From: Thalia democratica
Lineage: Eukaryota
DNA length: 64,000 nt
Direction: 5' to 3'
Assembly: GCA_965202585.1 (NCBI GenBank)
Contig: OZ241830.1
Location: 68,138,001-68,202,000, forward strand
The position numbers and the translations under genes are program-made. The notes under the pieces are model-generated. The model was given only the letters and a program-made list of their open reading frames with translations. It did no database searches and had not been told where the DNA came from. Shown piece after piece: positions 1-13,324 of the stretch. Within the stretch, counting starts at the first letter, position 1, and every line of letters starts with the position of its first letter.

Positions 1-2213
1 ATTTTTATGTACGGTATTAAACAGTGTTTTGGATACCGCTCTGTCACTCACTACAACTGTCAGCTGTGTAAGAATGCTAAAAGATGTTTCAAAAAGCAAG
101 GCAAGTTTTTACAAAAGTAGATACTGCAGTCAAAATAATTTCTATACTGTACTAACTTGTAGCTATTTGTGGAATCAATAAGAAACAATATACGTACGTT
201 TCATTGACATTCAATAAAGCATTACCTGAAAAAAAATCTGATTTTTAGAAGACTTCTTTTATATTGACAATTATCTTGTTTATGTTTCTTAATTTCTACT
301 ACTATTTTATTAAACTACTGCTGTATTAATTACTATTAAAAAAAATAGACAAAAACTTTGAAATTAAGAGTTTTTCTAAGTAAAAAATTACAGTTGTTTC
401 ACTAAATAAATGATATTAAATACGTTTAGTAAAGAAGTAACAAGTGTATTTTATTGTTTGTATATAAAAATTGCTATCAGTTAAAAGAAGTGTGCTTAAA
501 AATTTGTCAAAATCTCATTAATTTTTTATTAATAAAAAAAAACTAGAAGAATACTTTACATGAGTTAATATTTTGTTAACATTAAATGTTTATTTTAGTG
601 CTTTTCTATTCAGCTGGTTACAAGTAAAATTTATTTAAAGTATTTATTACGTTTTATTAAATTAATCGAAACAATCGTTTTATTATAGTTGTTATCAGGT
701 GGTTAAAAAGCTTTATAGATGAAGTTTTAATTTAAAATTTTGTTTCTGATTTTAAAGTTAGTACTGCACTACTGTATATTTACTGTTTCTCATAGTTTTA
801 ATTAAAGCTTTTAGAAATGCTGCTTTGCCTAGAGCTTTGGCTTAGCTGTAACACCAAACTAATTTAAAACACTTTGTTTTAAAGCTAAGAAAGTAAGCTA
901 TAAAATATACAAGCGTATTGTGTTAGCTTATACAATAAACAATTTATAAAGTCATGAACTTGTACAAAATGAAGATGAGCGTTATTTTTTTCCTGCTTGG
1001 TCTATTATTTGTTTCTTTATTTTATTTGATACTCAAAATTTTTATAATGTCTGAGTTGTAACCTCAATATGTGTCTACTGCATCTTATACATGTTCAAAT
1101 TTTCAACACAAGACTTATTTGAGTAGCTTGATACTGGAGGTACATGAAATTCAGAACCATGTAAGTTTAAAGTTTAGCTTTTGAACATTATTTTTTGAAA
1201 AATTAAATGAAAATTAACAAACTATAAAAAATAAGCAATAAAATCGTAATATCTTATATTTTAGTTTTAATGTATTTTTTGATGATTAATACGTTTTAAA
1301 ATTTAAAAACCGTTATAAGTGAACATAAATTAAACTTAAGTTTTAAAACGTAATAAAAGTTTTTTCAACAATTTTTCACTTAATTAAAACTGTTTCATCT
1401 TGACAAGGCTTATCAGAGCTTATAAGTTACAAAATGAAATTTAAGCACACAAGTATATAACAACAGCAAATAAATCGATAAATAGATTAAGCAGTTTATA
1501 ACTAATAATTAAAAAAAAAGGTTTTAAAGATTATGAATTTAATAATTTTTCGAAAAAATACAGCTAAAAGATAAAAAATAATTTCATTACAAGTTCTTAT
1601 GATTGAGTTGTCGTACTTTGGTGAGCCGGAACAATCGTAATAGTAATCATCACATCTGTAGCATTTGTTGCAAGAAGAATTGTTTATAAACAAAATATGA
1701 CGGGGTAATATAAAAGTTAAATGTGTCTTTAAAATGAAAAGTGATTCAAAAACATTCTGATTTGTATATCAATGCTTACTCCTTTTTGTCATCTTATAAA
1801 ATTGATAAACATATAATTGGTCATTTAAAAAAAGATAAAATTTAGTATCTTTTTGAACATCAAAGGAACTATTATTGTCTTTATATGTTCTTAAAAAAAA
1901 ATTCCCAAAAAGTAAAAACTTTTAAGAAATTTAAACTTATTAGACAACAATCTAATTTTATTTTGACATTCTTTTGATACAATAACGATATAGGTTTTTG
2001 AGTTGTATAGAAAATTCACGATAACTATCTACAATCATTAGTAGACTGTTAGTAGACAATTATCACTGCTTAAAAATTAAATGTGTTAGTCTCAGTGTAA
2101 CGTTTGTTTATAGATATTAAAACAGTAAGTTAGTCCTTAAATAAACGATAAATCTTTATCACTTACACTGTTATTATCAGCAACGAACTTTAGACAAAAT
2201 TTTGAGTGTTTTA

Positions 2214-2362
2214 GAGAATTCTCACTGCGTTAACTGCTGCTTGGTGGTCAGTAAAATCCACGAATCCGAATCCTCTGCTGTTGCCAGCATTGTCCTTCAT
2301 TATCTTAACACTTGTCACTTCTCCGTGTACCTAAAATCATGAGTTGTGTTGTGAACTAACAT
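2214..2362 (-). repeat. Inverted 149-bp copy of PABP-like intron 4 3' end plus most of exon 5 (source 9949-10097)
   Basis: Its reverse complement matches 9949-10097 with 3 substitutions (GAT>GAC; GAT>AAC). It includes intronic bases and the TTTTAG acceptor, so it is a DNA-level copy, not a retrocopy. Confidence 0.95.
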
Positions 2363-3684
2363 TAGTTTTGATGAATATTTTATTGGTGACAACACAAACT
2401 ATTTAAATAAGCTTTCAACTCTAAATTGTATCTTTTTTTAGTAATTAATTTTGCTACTTTATAACTTTCCTCAACACAGTACTCTGTAGTTACTGAAAAT
2501 AATCATCTGCGTTGCTAAAACTGATTTATACGATTTTTTTTTCGTTTTTTCAATAATTCCAAACTAACGTATTATAGTTCTTATAGCTCATCTTGTAATT
2601 CACATTTGCTCTTTTTAAATGCAATATTTTCATTACTGATAAAGAATTGCTGTAATAATAAAAAAAAAAGGTTTTTCTAACATATTAATAGCTTAATAAA
2701 TTTTTATAAATTTATTGAAATGTTTAAAAACTTAATTGTCCATTCAAGCTAGCTGACTTATAATATTCTTTTTAGTTATATAGCTAATTCACTGTTAATA
2801 AACTTCGATATTTTTTTTGTGAACTTTATTTTAAACAGGATTGCCAAACAAACAGGTTAGTTTAAAAAAGTTTTTAAGTCAGACTAGATTAAGCTGTTTA
2901 AGAAATTGTTATAAAACTCAGGTGTACCTGAAACTTTCATTTCAAACACTTTGAATAAATCTTCAAATTCCCAGATGGTTTTCATGACTGTAGTGTAGTT
3001 TACTAATTGTAATTTTTTGTATATTTACATATTGTGCTTTTTTATAATAATGATATTTTAGTTATGTATTTAAGCTTGATTAACAAAAAGTTTTTAGCTA
3101 TTTTAACTTTTATTAAACTTTTCATATAATTCAAAAATTTCTAAAGTGACAACCTTGTAAAAGACTAATAAATTACCAATAAGGTAGTTTATTAAAGTAT
3201 TCGAGCAAAAATTATGTTGAAAAATTTGATTTAGCTTATCTACAGTATAAATAGGTAACAATTTTATTGATTACCTAATTGCTGAATTTTATAAAAAGTG
3301 GTGCTAACTATTTAAGATGCAAAAACTATTTTCAATAGTTAACATTTTCTTAAATATAAAAAGGTGGTTCATAATATTAAAAATGTATAAAAAGTATCCC
3401 ATACATGTTTGTCAAACTCAGTTTTTATAAAAAGTCAGGTTGTAAGTAAAAAAAAAACTTATTAAGTTTATTTTTTTAAGTGTTTAAGAAAATACATATT
3501 TCATTAAGACGTAAGCATATTAAGCATTGTAAATACTATTCCAATATATATATATGTTAAGTAGGCATTCCATGTGTAGTTAAAAGTTATTTAAAGTAAA
3601 AAAGTGAATAAAAGTAAAACTATCTGTGGTGTGACCAAAACTAAAGCCAAAAGATTATTCAAATATCACTAAAACTAAAACTGT

Positions 3685-3748
3685 AGGCCGTAAACATTTT
3701 GAAAACTTGAAATTTGGCCCGCAAGCACCAACTGCCTGCCGATCCCTG
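3685..3748 (-). mobile_element. End fragment of hAT-type MITE
   Basis: The minus strand reads CAGGGATCGGCA...GCGGGCC, resembling hAT-type termini with GGGCCGC subterminal motifs. Similar motifs occur at ~34146-34452, ~41470-41515 and ~45541. No partner end or TSD identified. Confidence 0.4.
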
Positions 3749-5173
3749 ATCTAGTTCATTTGAATGACATTTAAAACACTAATTTTAGTTAATATTTTTA
3801 TACGTTATAACATAAGAAAAAATTAGATATAGTCTTAATTTATCTAAAAAAATTTACATAGTCATCTGAACTAAGAATAAAAAATGTAACGTAAATAATT
3901 TGTTTCTTTGAAAAAACTTTTATGCAAAGTCTAACTTTCTTTTTTGTTAACCTGTTCTTAAAACCCATATTAAGCTTAGCAAGTTGGAAAAAATACATAA
4001 TATTTTAGTATTTTGATAGTCTTGTTTGACACAAAGGTGATTCCCTTAATATTTGTTGAGTCAGTTAAATAAAAATCTGTTTTACATAATTTTTAAATTT
4101 TAGTTATTTCAATGTTTTATTTTTGTCATTTAATATGTATGGCTAAGTAGGGTTTGAGGTAAAGGTATAAATAAATATAACATTTTAATAACCTATAAAA
4201 AATTTGTTGACTTAGCAAATATATGGGTAAACAACTCGATATTACAATAGGACTCTCATATACTAGTTCAAAAATGTCTTTTAGCCAGAATTTATTTTAA
4301 GCCAAAATAGTTCATGAGTTTAACAGTGTATTTTATAATCTGCATTTTGTTATAAATTTTAAGCAATAAGAAAGGTTAATGTTGCGTTTATTATTTATGA
4401 GTCTAGTAATACTATTTTACTTAGTTATTAAATATTAATTTACTGGATTGTTATTTAAATAGTTACAAGAATAAATGAATAGTATTTTCCACATAAAAAT
4501 CATAAAAATATTTAGCTTTGTTTAAATAAACATTTTAATTAAGTCAAATTTCCACATAATTATTATCACATTATTTTTTATCACGTTTGTTATATACATA
4601 GATGAATATTTAAATAGTTAAATTTTAGATAGTAGTGTTGTACTTAACATTAAAAAAAAATCTCAAAGAATTTACTTTAATTAAATTAATTATAAACTAA
4701 CTTTTTTATGGATATAAGTACAAAACTATACATTTAAAGTCTTAACATTAAACTAAACATAAGTAAAGGTTAGAATAAATATTACACTCATTAAAGGATA
4801 AAACTTTATAAATTTTATTTCAAATTAAGAAATAAGCTTTCATAAATTTTCAAGTATTTTAAATTTTATTTTGCTCTTTATATTTTTTTACAAAAATTTG
4901 AATTATATTTACTTTAGATGTCTTGTAAACTAAGTTAAAAAGTACTTTTACGTCCTTTTGGAAAACTGATTATAATAAATGTACATTAAATGATGAAAAA
5001 AAAGGATTATTGTTCATACATTGAATAGTTTAGTAATTTAAGTCTTTTTTTTTCAAAAAGGTTTCAATTATTTTGGCATTAAATAAAAAAAAGTAAATTA
5101 CAAGGTTTGAAATATTTAAATTCTATTTAATTCTTAAAAATGTTTTGTTAGTTTGTACTGAAATTGCACCTTA

Positions 5174-6094
5174 CAGGGTTGACAAAAAAACTTGAAAACC
5201 TTGAAAAACCTGGAATAAGAGAAGTTTTTAGAAATTAAATCTGAATAAACCTGGAAAAACCTGAAGTTTAAAACAATATTTATAATTTTAATAGAAAAAT
5301 TTTGATTTGATACAAATAGTCTACCATATAGAAAAAAATATTTTGTCAGTATCAAAAATGTTTTTTATCAAAAAACACATTTGAAGTAGGTTTACAGTAT
5401 ATTTTTATTTTTTATACTATTTAACACAGTTTTTTACCTTGTATTTAATGTTTAAATTAAAACAGACCCAAAAATACAAAACCTGGTAGATAATTTAAAT
5501 AACCTGGTAGAAAATTTGCCAACAAAATTTGAAAACCCTAACCTTAATGTGAACCATGAATAAAGTAAGCTTTTTATTTTCTGAATTATGAATCATAAAA
5601 AGTTGAATAAATGGTTTATAAAATCAATTTTGTTGAATGTGTAGTGTTTATTCAGTAAAAATAGTACAAAATTGAAATAAAAATTACCATAACAAAATTT
5701 TAAAAAGTTTAATTTTTATTTGACTACACTGGAAGTTTACAATTTAAGAAAAATCTGGAAAATTTAGAACTTTGAACAAATATCACTAAAACAACCTGGA
5801 AAAAATCTGAAAATTAAAAATCTTAACATGTTCAGTAGTAAAATTTAGACGTGACACAAAAAATCTATCATATATCATATAAACTTTTTGTCATCATCAA
5901 AACTTGTTTTTATTAAAAACACAACTTAATGTAGTTTTACAGTATCTTTTAAACATTTTTATACTGTTTAACACAGTTGTCACCTTAAACTTAACATTAA
6001 ACTTAAAATAGACCCAGAAGTGTGTACTTATAAAAATCTGGAAAAAATTTCAAAATCCTGGAATTTTTTTTTTTAAAGACTAGTGGCAACCCTG
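5174..6094. mobile_element. Non-autonomous DNA element (CAGGGTTGCCA-type TIR family)
   Basis: 5' CAGGGTTGACA (5174) and 3' TGGCAACCCTG (ends 6094), flanked by TA on both sides. Internal degenerate direct repeat at ~5342-5490 vs ~5887-6050. Recurrent AACCTGG motifs. Confidence 0.65.
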
Positions 6095-8090
6095 TAAATT
6101 TTTATGTATTTAAGTATTTTAAAAGTCTCTACAATTTTAACTTTACTATTTAAAATATGTTAAAAAATGTACAAACTCTTCAAATACAGTTCATTTAATA
6201 TATGGATGCTGTAAGTTTAACAGGCAGAAATTGTTTAAGAATTTTTTTATTTTTAAACTTTAAAAAAAAATACAAGTTTCTTTTTAGCCCTGGTTAGATG
6301 AAAAATTGTTTATAGTAGTACAAAAAGAAGAAAAAGTTTTTAATTTTATTGAACAACTGCTACCTCTTAAAGTTATAGTAACCTTATGTTGTATACACTT
6401 TATTTTTCACATATACTAAGAAGTATTGTATAAATGAACTAGGAACAATACTTTGTTAATATTTATTTAGTTTTGTTTAACTAACTTTATTAAAATGCTT
6501 GATAGTATTTTTTTTTAATTCCCAGTTGCTATCTCTTTTTACACTTTGACAAATTTTCACAAATAAGTTTAACGAGCATTAATTTAAGTACAATTTAAAT
6601 AATTTTTGCTATTTTCTACTAGAGAAAGGTTTAAAGGTATAAAATTGTAGAAAAAGGAATAACTCAGGCTTTTTTAGGTTACAAAGTATAGTTTTTATTA
6701 GTTTTTCAGAAAAGTTTTAAAGCTTAGAGAGGTAACCATAATTTAAATTTATGCTGAACATGCTGTTAATTTTTTTCTACACAGGATGCCCAAATAACCT
6801 GGAATTTAAAAATTGAGGAAAAATTGAAAAATCAGGTATTTTATACTAAATGAAAGAAAAACCTAGAAGTAAAGAAAAGTAATGGGATAACTTAGAGTTT
6901 TTAACACTATAATATCAGTGTTACTATTTTTAAAAAGTTTTAATTATTTATAGAAACAGCCTGAAGTTTAGGGAGTTAAAAAAAAGTAAGTATATTTTTT
7001 AGATATATTCAATATACAGTTAATTAAATTTTTTATAGTACTTTTTCACAGACCAAAATTGAACTACTGTTCTAAATTAACTCCTAATCCAAAATGTTGT
7101 TTAATATAAACTTAAGAAATATTCATCCAAAAGATATTCAAGTAGTATCTTCAATAATATTCAAATTTAGGTAATATAAATTTTTAATAATTGTTTTATG
7201 ATATATAAAACAATTTTTTTACTGATTATTATAAATAAAGTTATTTCATTTATGTTTTGAGTTTTACCAGGGTTTTAAGTATAAACTTGATACACATTAA
7301 GGGTTGCCAAACACTCAGAACCTTTTGTGTTTTTTTAAATCTCAGGCTGACTAAGGATAGTTTATTTCTTAATAATCTCAAAAATATTTCTTTTACCTAG
7401 GACAGTATTGGATCATATAAATGTCAACCATATACATTGTTTAAAAATAATGTTATATTATTATATTATATTTACTTCATGTTGATTCATAAAATATAAA
7501 TAACATTTAACTTTTTAAGTTTACAATAAGTAGAATTATTTTAAGTAGCAGTTTAATATAGAATTTTAGAAAAAAATTAAAACAAAAATTTGTTCGACAT
7601 TATATTTGTAATGTATGAATGTAAAATGTATAAGTTAAAATAGATTACCAAATAGTTGAATGTATAAGTCTAAATAGTCAGGTTATACAGGCTAGTTTGT
7701 CATATAGACTACATATATAAGTTTATATATATTATTATAATATATAAAATTTGTATAGAATACAAAATATCTCAGGTAAGTTTTTTTTTGAAATTCCGAC
7801 TGAATTAGGTAGATTGATCTTTGTTTTGTAGTTATTAAACTGGCACTTATAGGTATTTAATCTTGATTTACACCAACTATTATAACAATATGTTTTTCAG
7901 TTATACTAATAGAATAACTTAGGAACTCAGGCTAGCTTGATGTAAATCAGGGTAAGTTATTTCACTTAGGTTTGCTTCTTTTATTAATAAGGTAGCAAAT
8001 CTTAGCTTACTTACTAATGTATAATTTATAGTAGATATATGCTAGTAATAAAACTGGCTGGAAAATAAACTTTGAAAAACATAAAAAAAT

Positions 8091-11000
8091 ATGGAAAGTA
8101 CTGATAATTCGAATCACAGTTTGTGGGTTGGAGGCCTTCACCTAGATGTGCAGGAGGGTGACCTGATCAGCACTTTTACCAATGCTCACAACATCAGATT
8201 ATGTAGGGACATCTCAAGCAACGTGTCGCTCGGACACGCCTACTTGAACTACCACCAAGAAGCTGATGGTAAGATTGATGTATTTTATATAATGATGTTT
8301 GCATTTGTATAGGACTAACTAAATTTGTAAAACGATATCAAAATCTTCTTATAGAATCATACGTTTTTTATGTTATTAATTCATGTCTCCGTATATGTTT
8401 ATATTTGTTGTTAAGACGTTAAGTTATGTAAATTTTGTAAAGTTTTTAAAAATTTTTAAGAAGCTTCTATAAAACATGGTAATATAACAGCTGAAGCAGC
8501 CATTAAGAAGTTCAATGGGAGCATGATGAAAAGCCAGAAGATCCGAGTGATGTGGAGCTCCCACACTCTTACGTCAGGTATGCACAGTTGCAATGTGTTT
8601 GTGAAGAACTTTCCGAACAATTACGATGAGGGCAAGCTCAAGGAAACCTTCGAAACTTATGGCGCCCTGCTATCTTGTAAGGTACGTTTGCTTTAGTTTT
8701 ATTTGCAATTAATTTAATATTAAATTACGTAGCTTTTTAGGCAGTTTTTTTATTACTTTAGTGAAATGAATTAAACATCAACTTGGGCTTTTATACAAAA
8801 GAAATACTTGAGTATCACGGAAGTACAACACACTTATTAATTTTAATGATATCAGATCTGCTAAGGTTAGTGTTTAATATAAAATAAAACTTTGTTACCA
8901 CAAACAGATCATGCAAGGTCATTACCCGGACGGTACGCCATCTCAAAAGCACGGCTACGTCCAATTTGAAAAGGAAGAAGCTGCTTCTAACGCCATCGAA
9001 AAATTAAATGAGACTGAACTCGATGGAAAAAAGGTTTGTTTTAAATGAACGTATAATTCTACATTCCCATAACGGTTTATCTGCGAACTTTAGCAAGTTT
9101 GATATTATCTTCTAAAACTCAACTTCATTTTTGATAAAATATGTCTGAGACTACAACTTTTGTACTTGTTTCCTAAGTTTATAATTTTATTTAATCAGTT
9201 TTTAATCAGTAAGTAAATTTTGTTTCAAAAAGTAAATGGTTTCAAGTATATGTGTTGCTTTTAAATTATCTCTTCTTAAGTATAACTTAAAAATCCTAAA
9301 TGACTAATTGATCTTAAAAATAAGATAATTTTCTATATTTTTTAAAGATTAAAAATAGCGTAATTACTTATTTTGCTTGAACAAAATTATTTTTTTAAGT
9401 CAAAATATATCCATGGTTTTATATTTGATTGCAATCAGGCTATATAAACTGATTAGTATTACATAAAGCTAAAAAAACGAACATAAACTAAAAGTTCTGC
9501 GTATACTTTTATTTTAAGCCTTTACTCGACTGGGGCGTTAATTTTTTATGCTTTTACACAGTATATTTTATTATATCCTTTAGTTAAGACATTACTAAGT
9601 TGCTTCAAAGATAGTGACATTAATTGATTGTTATATAAAAGTTTACTTTGTCTTTTATTCATGTGGCTCATCTAAAACAAGTTTTGTACACTTTTGTAGG
9701 TTGTCGTTTGCCAATACAAACCTAGGAAGAGGCGAGCAAATAACAGTGACGAAACCTTCACCAACTGCTTTGTCAAAAACTTTGGCACCTCTCTAACTGA
9801 AGAGCAGTTGAAAGAATAGTTCGAAGTAAATAACTTTTTATTATCCTATTTTCATACTGAGATTTTTTTTAGTATTTATAGCAAGTCTTGTGGTATTTTT
9901 TAGCTACTTTGTTTTAAACTTGCGCGTAACTATATGCTTTTCAAATCGATGTTAGTTCACAACACAACTCATGATTTTAGGTACACGGAGAAGTGACAAG
10001 TGTTAAGATAATGAAGGACAATGCTGGCAACAGCAGAGGATTCGGATTCGTGGATTTTACTGATCACCAAGCAGCAGTTGATGCAGTGAGAATTCTCAAC
10101 AACAGTTTTGTTGGAGGTTTGTTAAATATTTTACTTAATGTAATGTTTAAGAAGTAGTTTCATTTTTTCACACAAACTACGTAAAACCAAAGCATACTTT
10201 TGGTACTTTTACTTATTTAAATGTACCCATTACATTTAAGTTCAATAAACAGAAAATAAGTTGTACGTTGGACGCGCCAAGAAAAAGACCGAGCGCAAAG
10301 TTGAGCTGACGAAGCAAAATGAGCAGAGGAAGGTCAACGCAAAGCACTGTACGCTATTCGTGAAGAACCTTGCGGCGTGGATGAGAGAGTACCATCTGCG
10401 ACCAATCTTCGAAACCCATGGGGCCCTCAATGATATTAAGGTTTGCCCAATCAGCTCGTTCAATTACTTGAAAACTAAATATAACAATTCTTAGTGTGTT
10501 TTATGTTATGTGTAAAAGTAGTTTTGATTATAAACTCAATAACAAATATAAACTGTTTGCCTTAAGTTTATGAAATAAACTCATTAGATTATAAGTGAAA
10601 ATTGTTTTTGTAACATTCCATAAAGATGTTAATACAAATCAATAAGTAACCTGGACATTTACTTGTAATTAAAATGATATAATAATTAAATACTACTTTT
10701 TAAGCTCTCAACATAAACAATTAAAAAAAAGTTTTCTATCTGTTGATTGTTTAAACCGAAGGTATTACTGATTTTGTAAGCAGTATTTTTTAAACTTTGT
10801 TTAATAAAACTAGTTTTGTCCTTAAAGGTTGTGTTCAGAAATGAAAAAGCAAGTTTTGCCTTTGTCCACTATGCCTTTGCTGACGATGCTAAAGCTGCCC
10901 TCACAGCAATTAACAACAGTGCAATGAGCATTAAAGTCGAAGCGTACAAGACGAGAGAGGAGGTGGAGCAAAGCAGGGCTGCAGTGCAATTGGAAGCAGA

Positions 11001-11373
11001 ACAATTGGCCCAAACATTGGGTAACATGGTGAGTCGGGTTGTTTAATAGATTTTTGGTCATGTGGGTGTCTGGATATAAAATTATATCCTGACATAGGAA
11101 ATAACATCCTAAATAATATATTGATTTTATCTCCCCTTTTACTTATTAGCTGCTTATTTTAAACTTTAAGACATTTTGTTGCAATAGGAGTATTGTTTTT
11201 CTACAAATATACTAATTTTAAAGTGTTATAAGTAAAGCAGTTGACCTGAGATTATGTCAAAATATTATAATCGATGTATTTTTTGCACTCAGAACCTGTA
11301 CCATGGGCTGAACCCAGTGCACAATCACCAGACGCACCCAGTGTATCCCGGAAACAACCCGATTTTTAGTTGA
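8091..11373 (+). CDS. PABP: Polyadenylate-binding protein-like, 4 RRMs, no MLLE domain; one in-frame TAG at 9817-9819 (possible young pseudogene or null allele)
   Basis: Exons 8091-8268, 8491-8681, 8908-9033, 9700-9825, 9981-10116, 10253-10440, 10828-11028, 11293-11373. All are GT..AG and phase-compatible, totalling 1227 nt = 409 codons ending in TGA. RRM motifs: SLWVGGL/LGHAYLNY, VFVKNF/KHGYVQF, CFVKNF/RGFGFVDF, LFVKNL/SFAFVHY. PABP-type linkers: IRVMWS, LLSCK, LYVGRAKKKTER. Codon 205 is TAG. Confidence 0.9.
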
Positions 11374-12850
11374 CATTTAGTGCGTTTAAATATTAATAAA
11401 TTTTAGAAAAAAAAAATTGTATTTATCCAGTCCACACCCTTGTTGAAAAATATTAATGTGTACCTTTGTTAAAGTTGAGAGAAACATCTCTAACAGATGA
11501 TTGTTGTATTAATTAATAATTTATGTTTTAAATGTATAGAGTTAGCCAATATCAATCCATAAAAGCAATCAAACTTCTTGAAAAATGTTAAGTTTTACTT
11601 TAATACCAATGCTTGATTCAGCAAAATGTAAAGAAAATACTAGAGTTGGTACTAACTATAACATGTCTTATAATAACCACTCTCACGCGTATTAGTATTG
11701 ATTATTTTTAAATATCTTCATATAAAACAGTATTTAAACCTTTTACTTAAAAAATACTAAAACTATGGTAACTCTGTTTGTTTTAAAATAACTGTTAACT
11801 AAGCAAAGCACTGTTCTTCACTGAAGATAACTAGAATTCATACTTGTAAGAAAACTAAGTTTACTAGTTGACGCTGTTGGCTTCAGCGTGTTTCATTTTA
11901 CTCTTTTATTTTATTTAAAAGTTTATAACTAAACTTATTCAAATATTTAGAGAAAACGACAAAACAAAATGTTCTTTAGCAATTCTGCTACAGTCGGTTA
12001 TGTTTATATTTTATTTTAGAATAATTTAAAGTTAGTTTTGTTTGGTGGTTAAGTTATTACTTAAAATTAAAAACGTTGCATATAATATTCCAGTAATTTG
12101 AAAATACTTTTTTTATAAAAAAATAAATTCTACATTAAGTTTAAAAGATTTTTAGTTTGGGCAAATACATACTTTTACTCATTTTAACGAACAGTATTAA
12201 ATAATATTTTTAAAAGTATTTTTTCAGCAAACTGATTTTTGCTCAAAGATTTTATCAGTACATTAAATAAGTCTGTAAAATTATGAAAAGGCAATAGAAG
12301 TAAAAATGTATAGAAAATAAATTATTATTCGGGCAATTATTCAATAAAAAACTGATTGTAAACAAAAGCGATGATAAAAAATGCTAACCAAACAAAGTTG
12401 TTATTTTCAGAAAAATCTAAAAGTGCAAACATACATTACTTTATAAAGTTGCAGATAAGATTTTTTTTTAGGTTTGAAATTATTTAAGTCAAATATAAAT
12501 ATATATTTTGCAAAATAAAAGTTTTTTATTGGCTGATGTTTTGCAAATTTGTATACTAAAAGAAGTTAACTATATATTGCTATTAACAAATAAATTATAT
12601 AACAAATTTTAATTGAGAACCATAAGTTTAAAACAATAAAGTTAAGCTTTGTTAAATGTACTTACATAAGTTTTAAACATTTTGTTTTAATTGGTGCGCT
12701 TCAAGGGCATAAACTAGCTGATTTACTGTCTAAAAAGATTCTGCTTAAAAGTTTAATATCTTTGTGTTACTTTGTATATAAAAGTTTACAGAAGGATCAA
12801 AAGTAACTGGTAGTATTTATAAGTAAAACTTTAGAAAAACCTGTATTCTA

Positions 12851-13324
12851 GGTAGTGGGTCAAAAATGCACAAATACATTTTTGCACGAAGGGTCAAACA
12901 TGCACGAAAGAACACTTTAATAAGAAGACATTTTTTAATGAAGACACTTTTGCACGAAAGTAAAAAAAAACATTATAATTTTTTTAAAATAAAAAGATTA
13001 AATAGTAAAAAATAAAGTACCGACCGAGGATAAGGATTAGGAAACTGAGAAAAATAAATTAAACTTATAAAGAAACAAAAAAAATTACTGACCGAGGATA
13101 AAAGTTATGGGTTACAGTGATAACAAAAGATATAAATAAAAACCTAATAAAACTTATTAATGAAAGAAAAAATGGAAAAGAAAGAAAAAAAAAATACTGA
13201 TCGAGGGTAAGGGTTAGGGATGTTCGTGATAGACGAAAAAATAATAAACAAAATTAATAAATAAAAAATTACCAATTTTTTAACCTGCGCAAAAGAACCC
13301 TTCGTGCATATTAGACTCTTACCC
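12851..13324. mobile_element. MITE with TGCACGAA subterminal repeats and internal GGGTAAGGGTTAGGG motif
   Basis: Imperfect TIRs GGTAGTGGGTCAAAAATGCAC / GTGCATATTAGACTCTTACCC with TA on both flanks. Three internal (G)ACCGAGGRTAA(G/A)..TTA(T)GG motifs at ~13020, ~13090 and ~13198. Confidence 0.65.

Noticed and set aside
9921-9945. Intronic AACTAT..TTTTCAA as an editing-complementary sequence for the amber codon
   Set aside because: Only two short AT-rich helices, as expected by chance in this composition. Too weak to support editing on its own.
10242-11061. Minus-strand ORFs 10242-10463 and 10822-11061
   Set aside because: Antisense shadows of PABP-like exons 6 and 7.
13200-13225. Interstitial telomere
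   Set aside because: A single TTAGGG-like unit inside a MITE, not an array.
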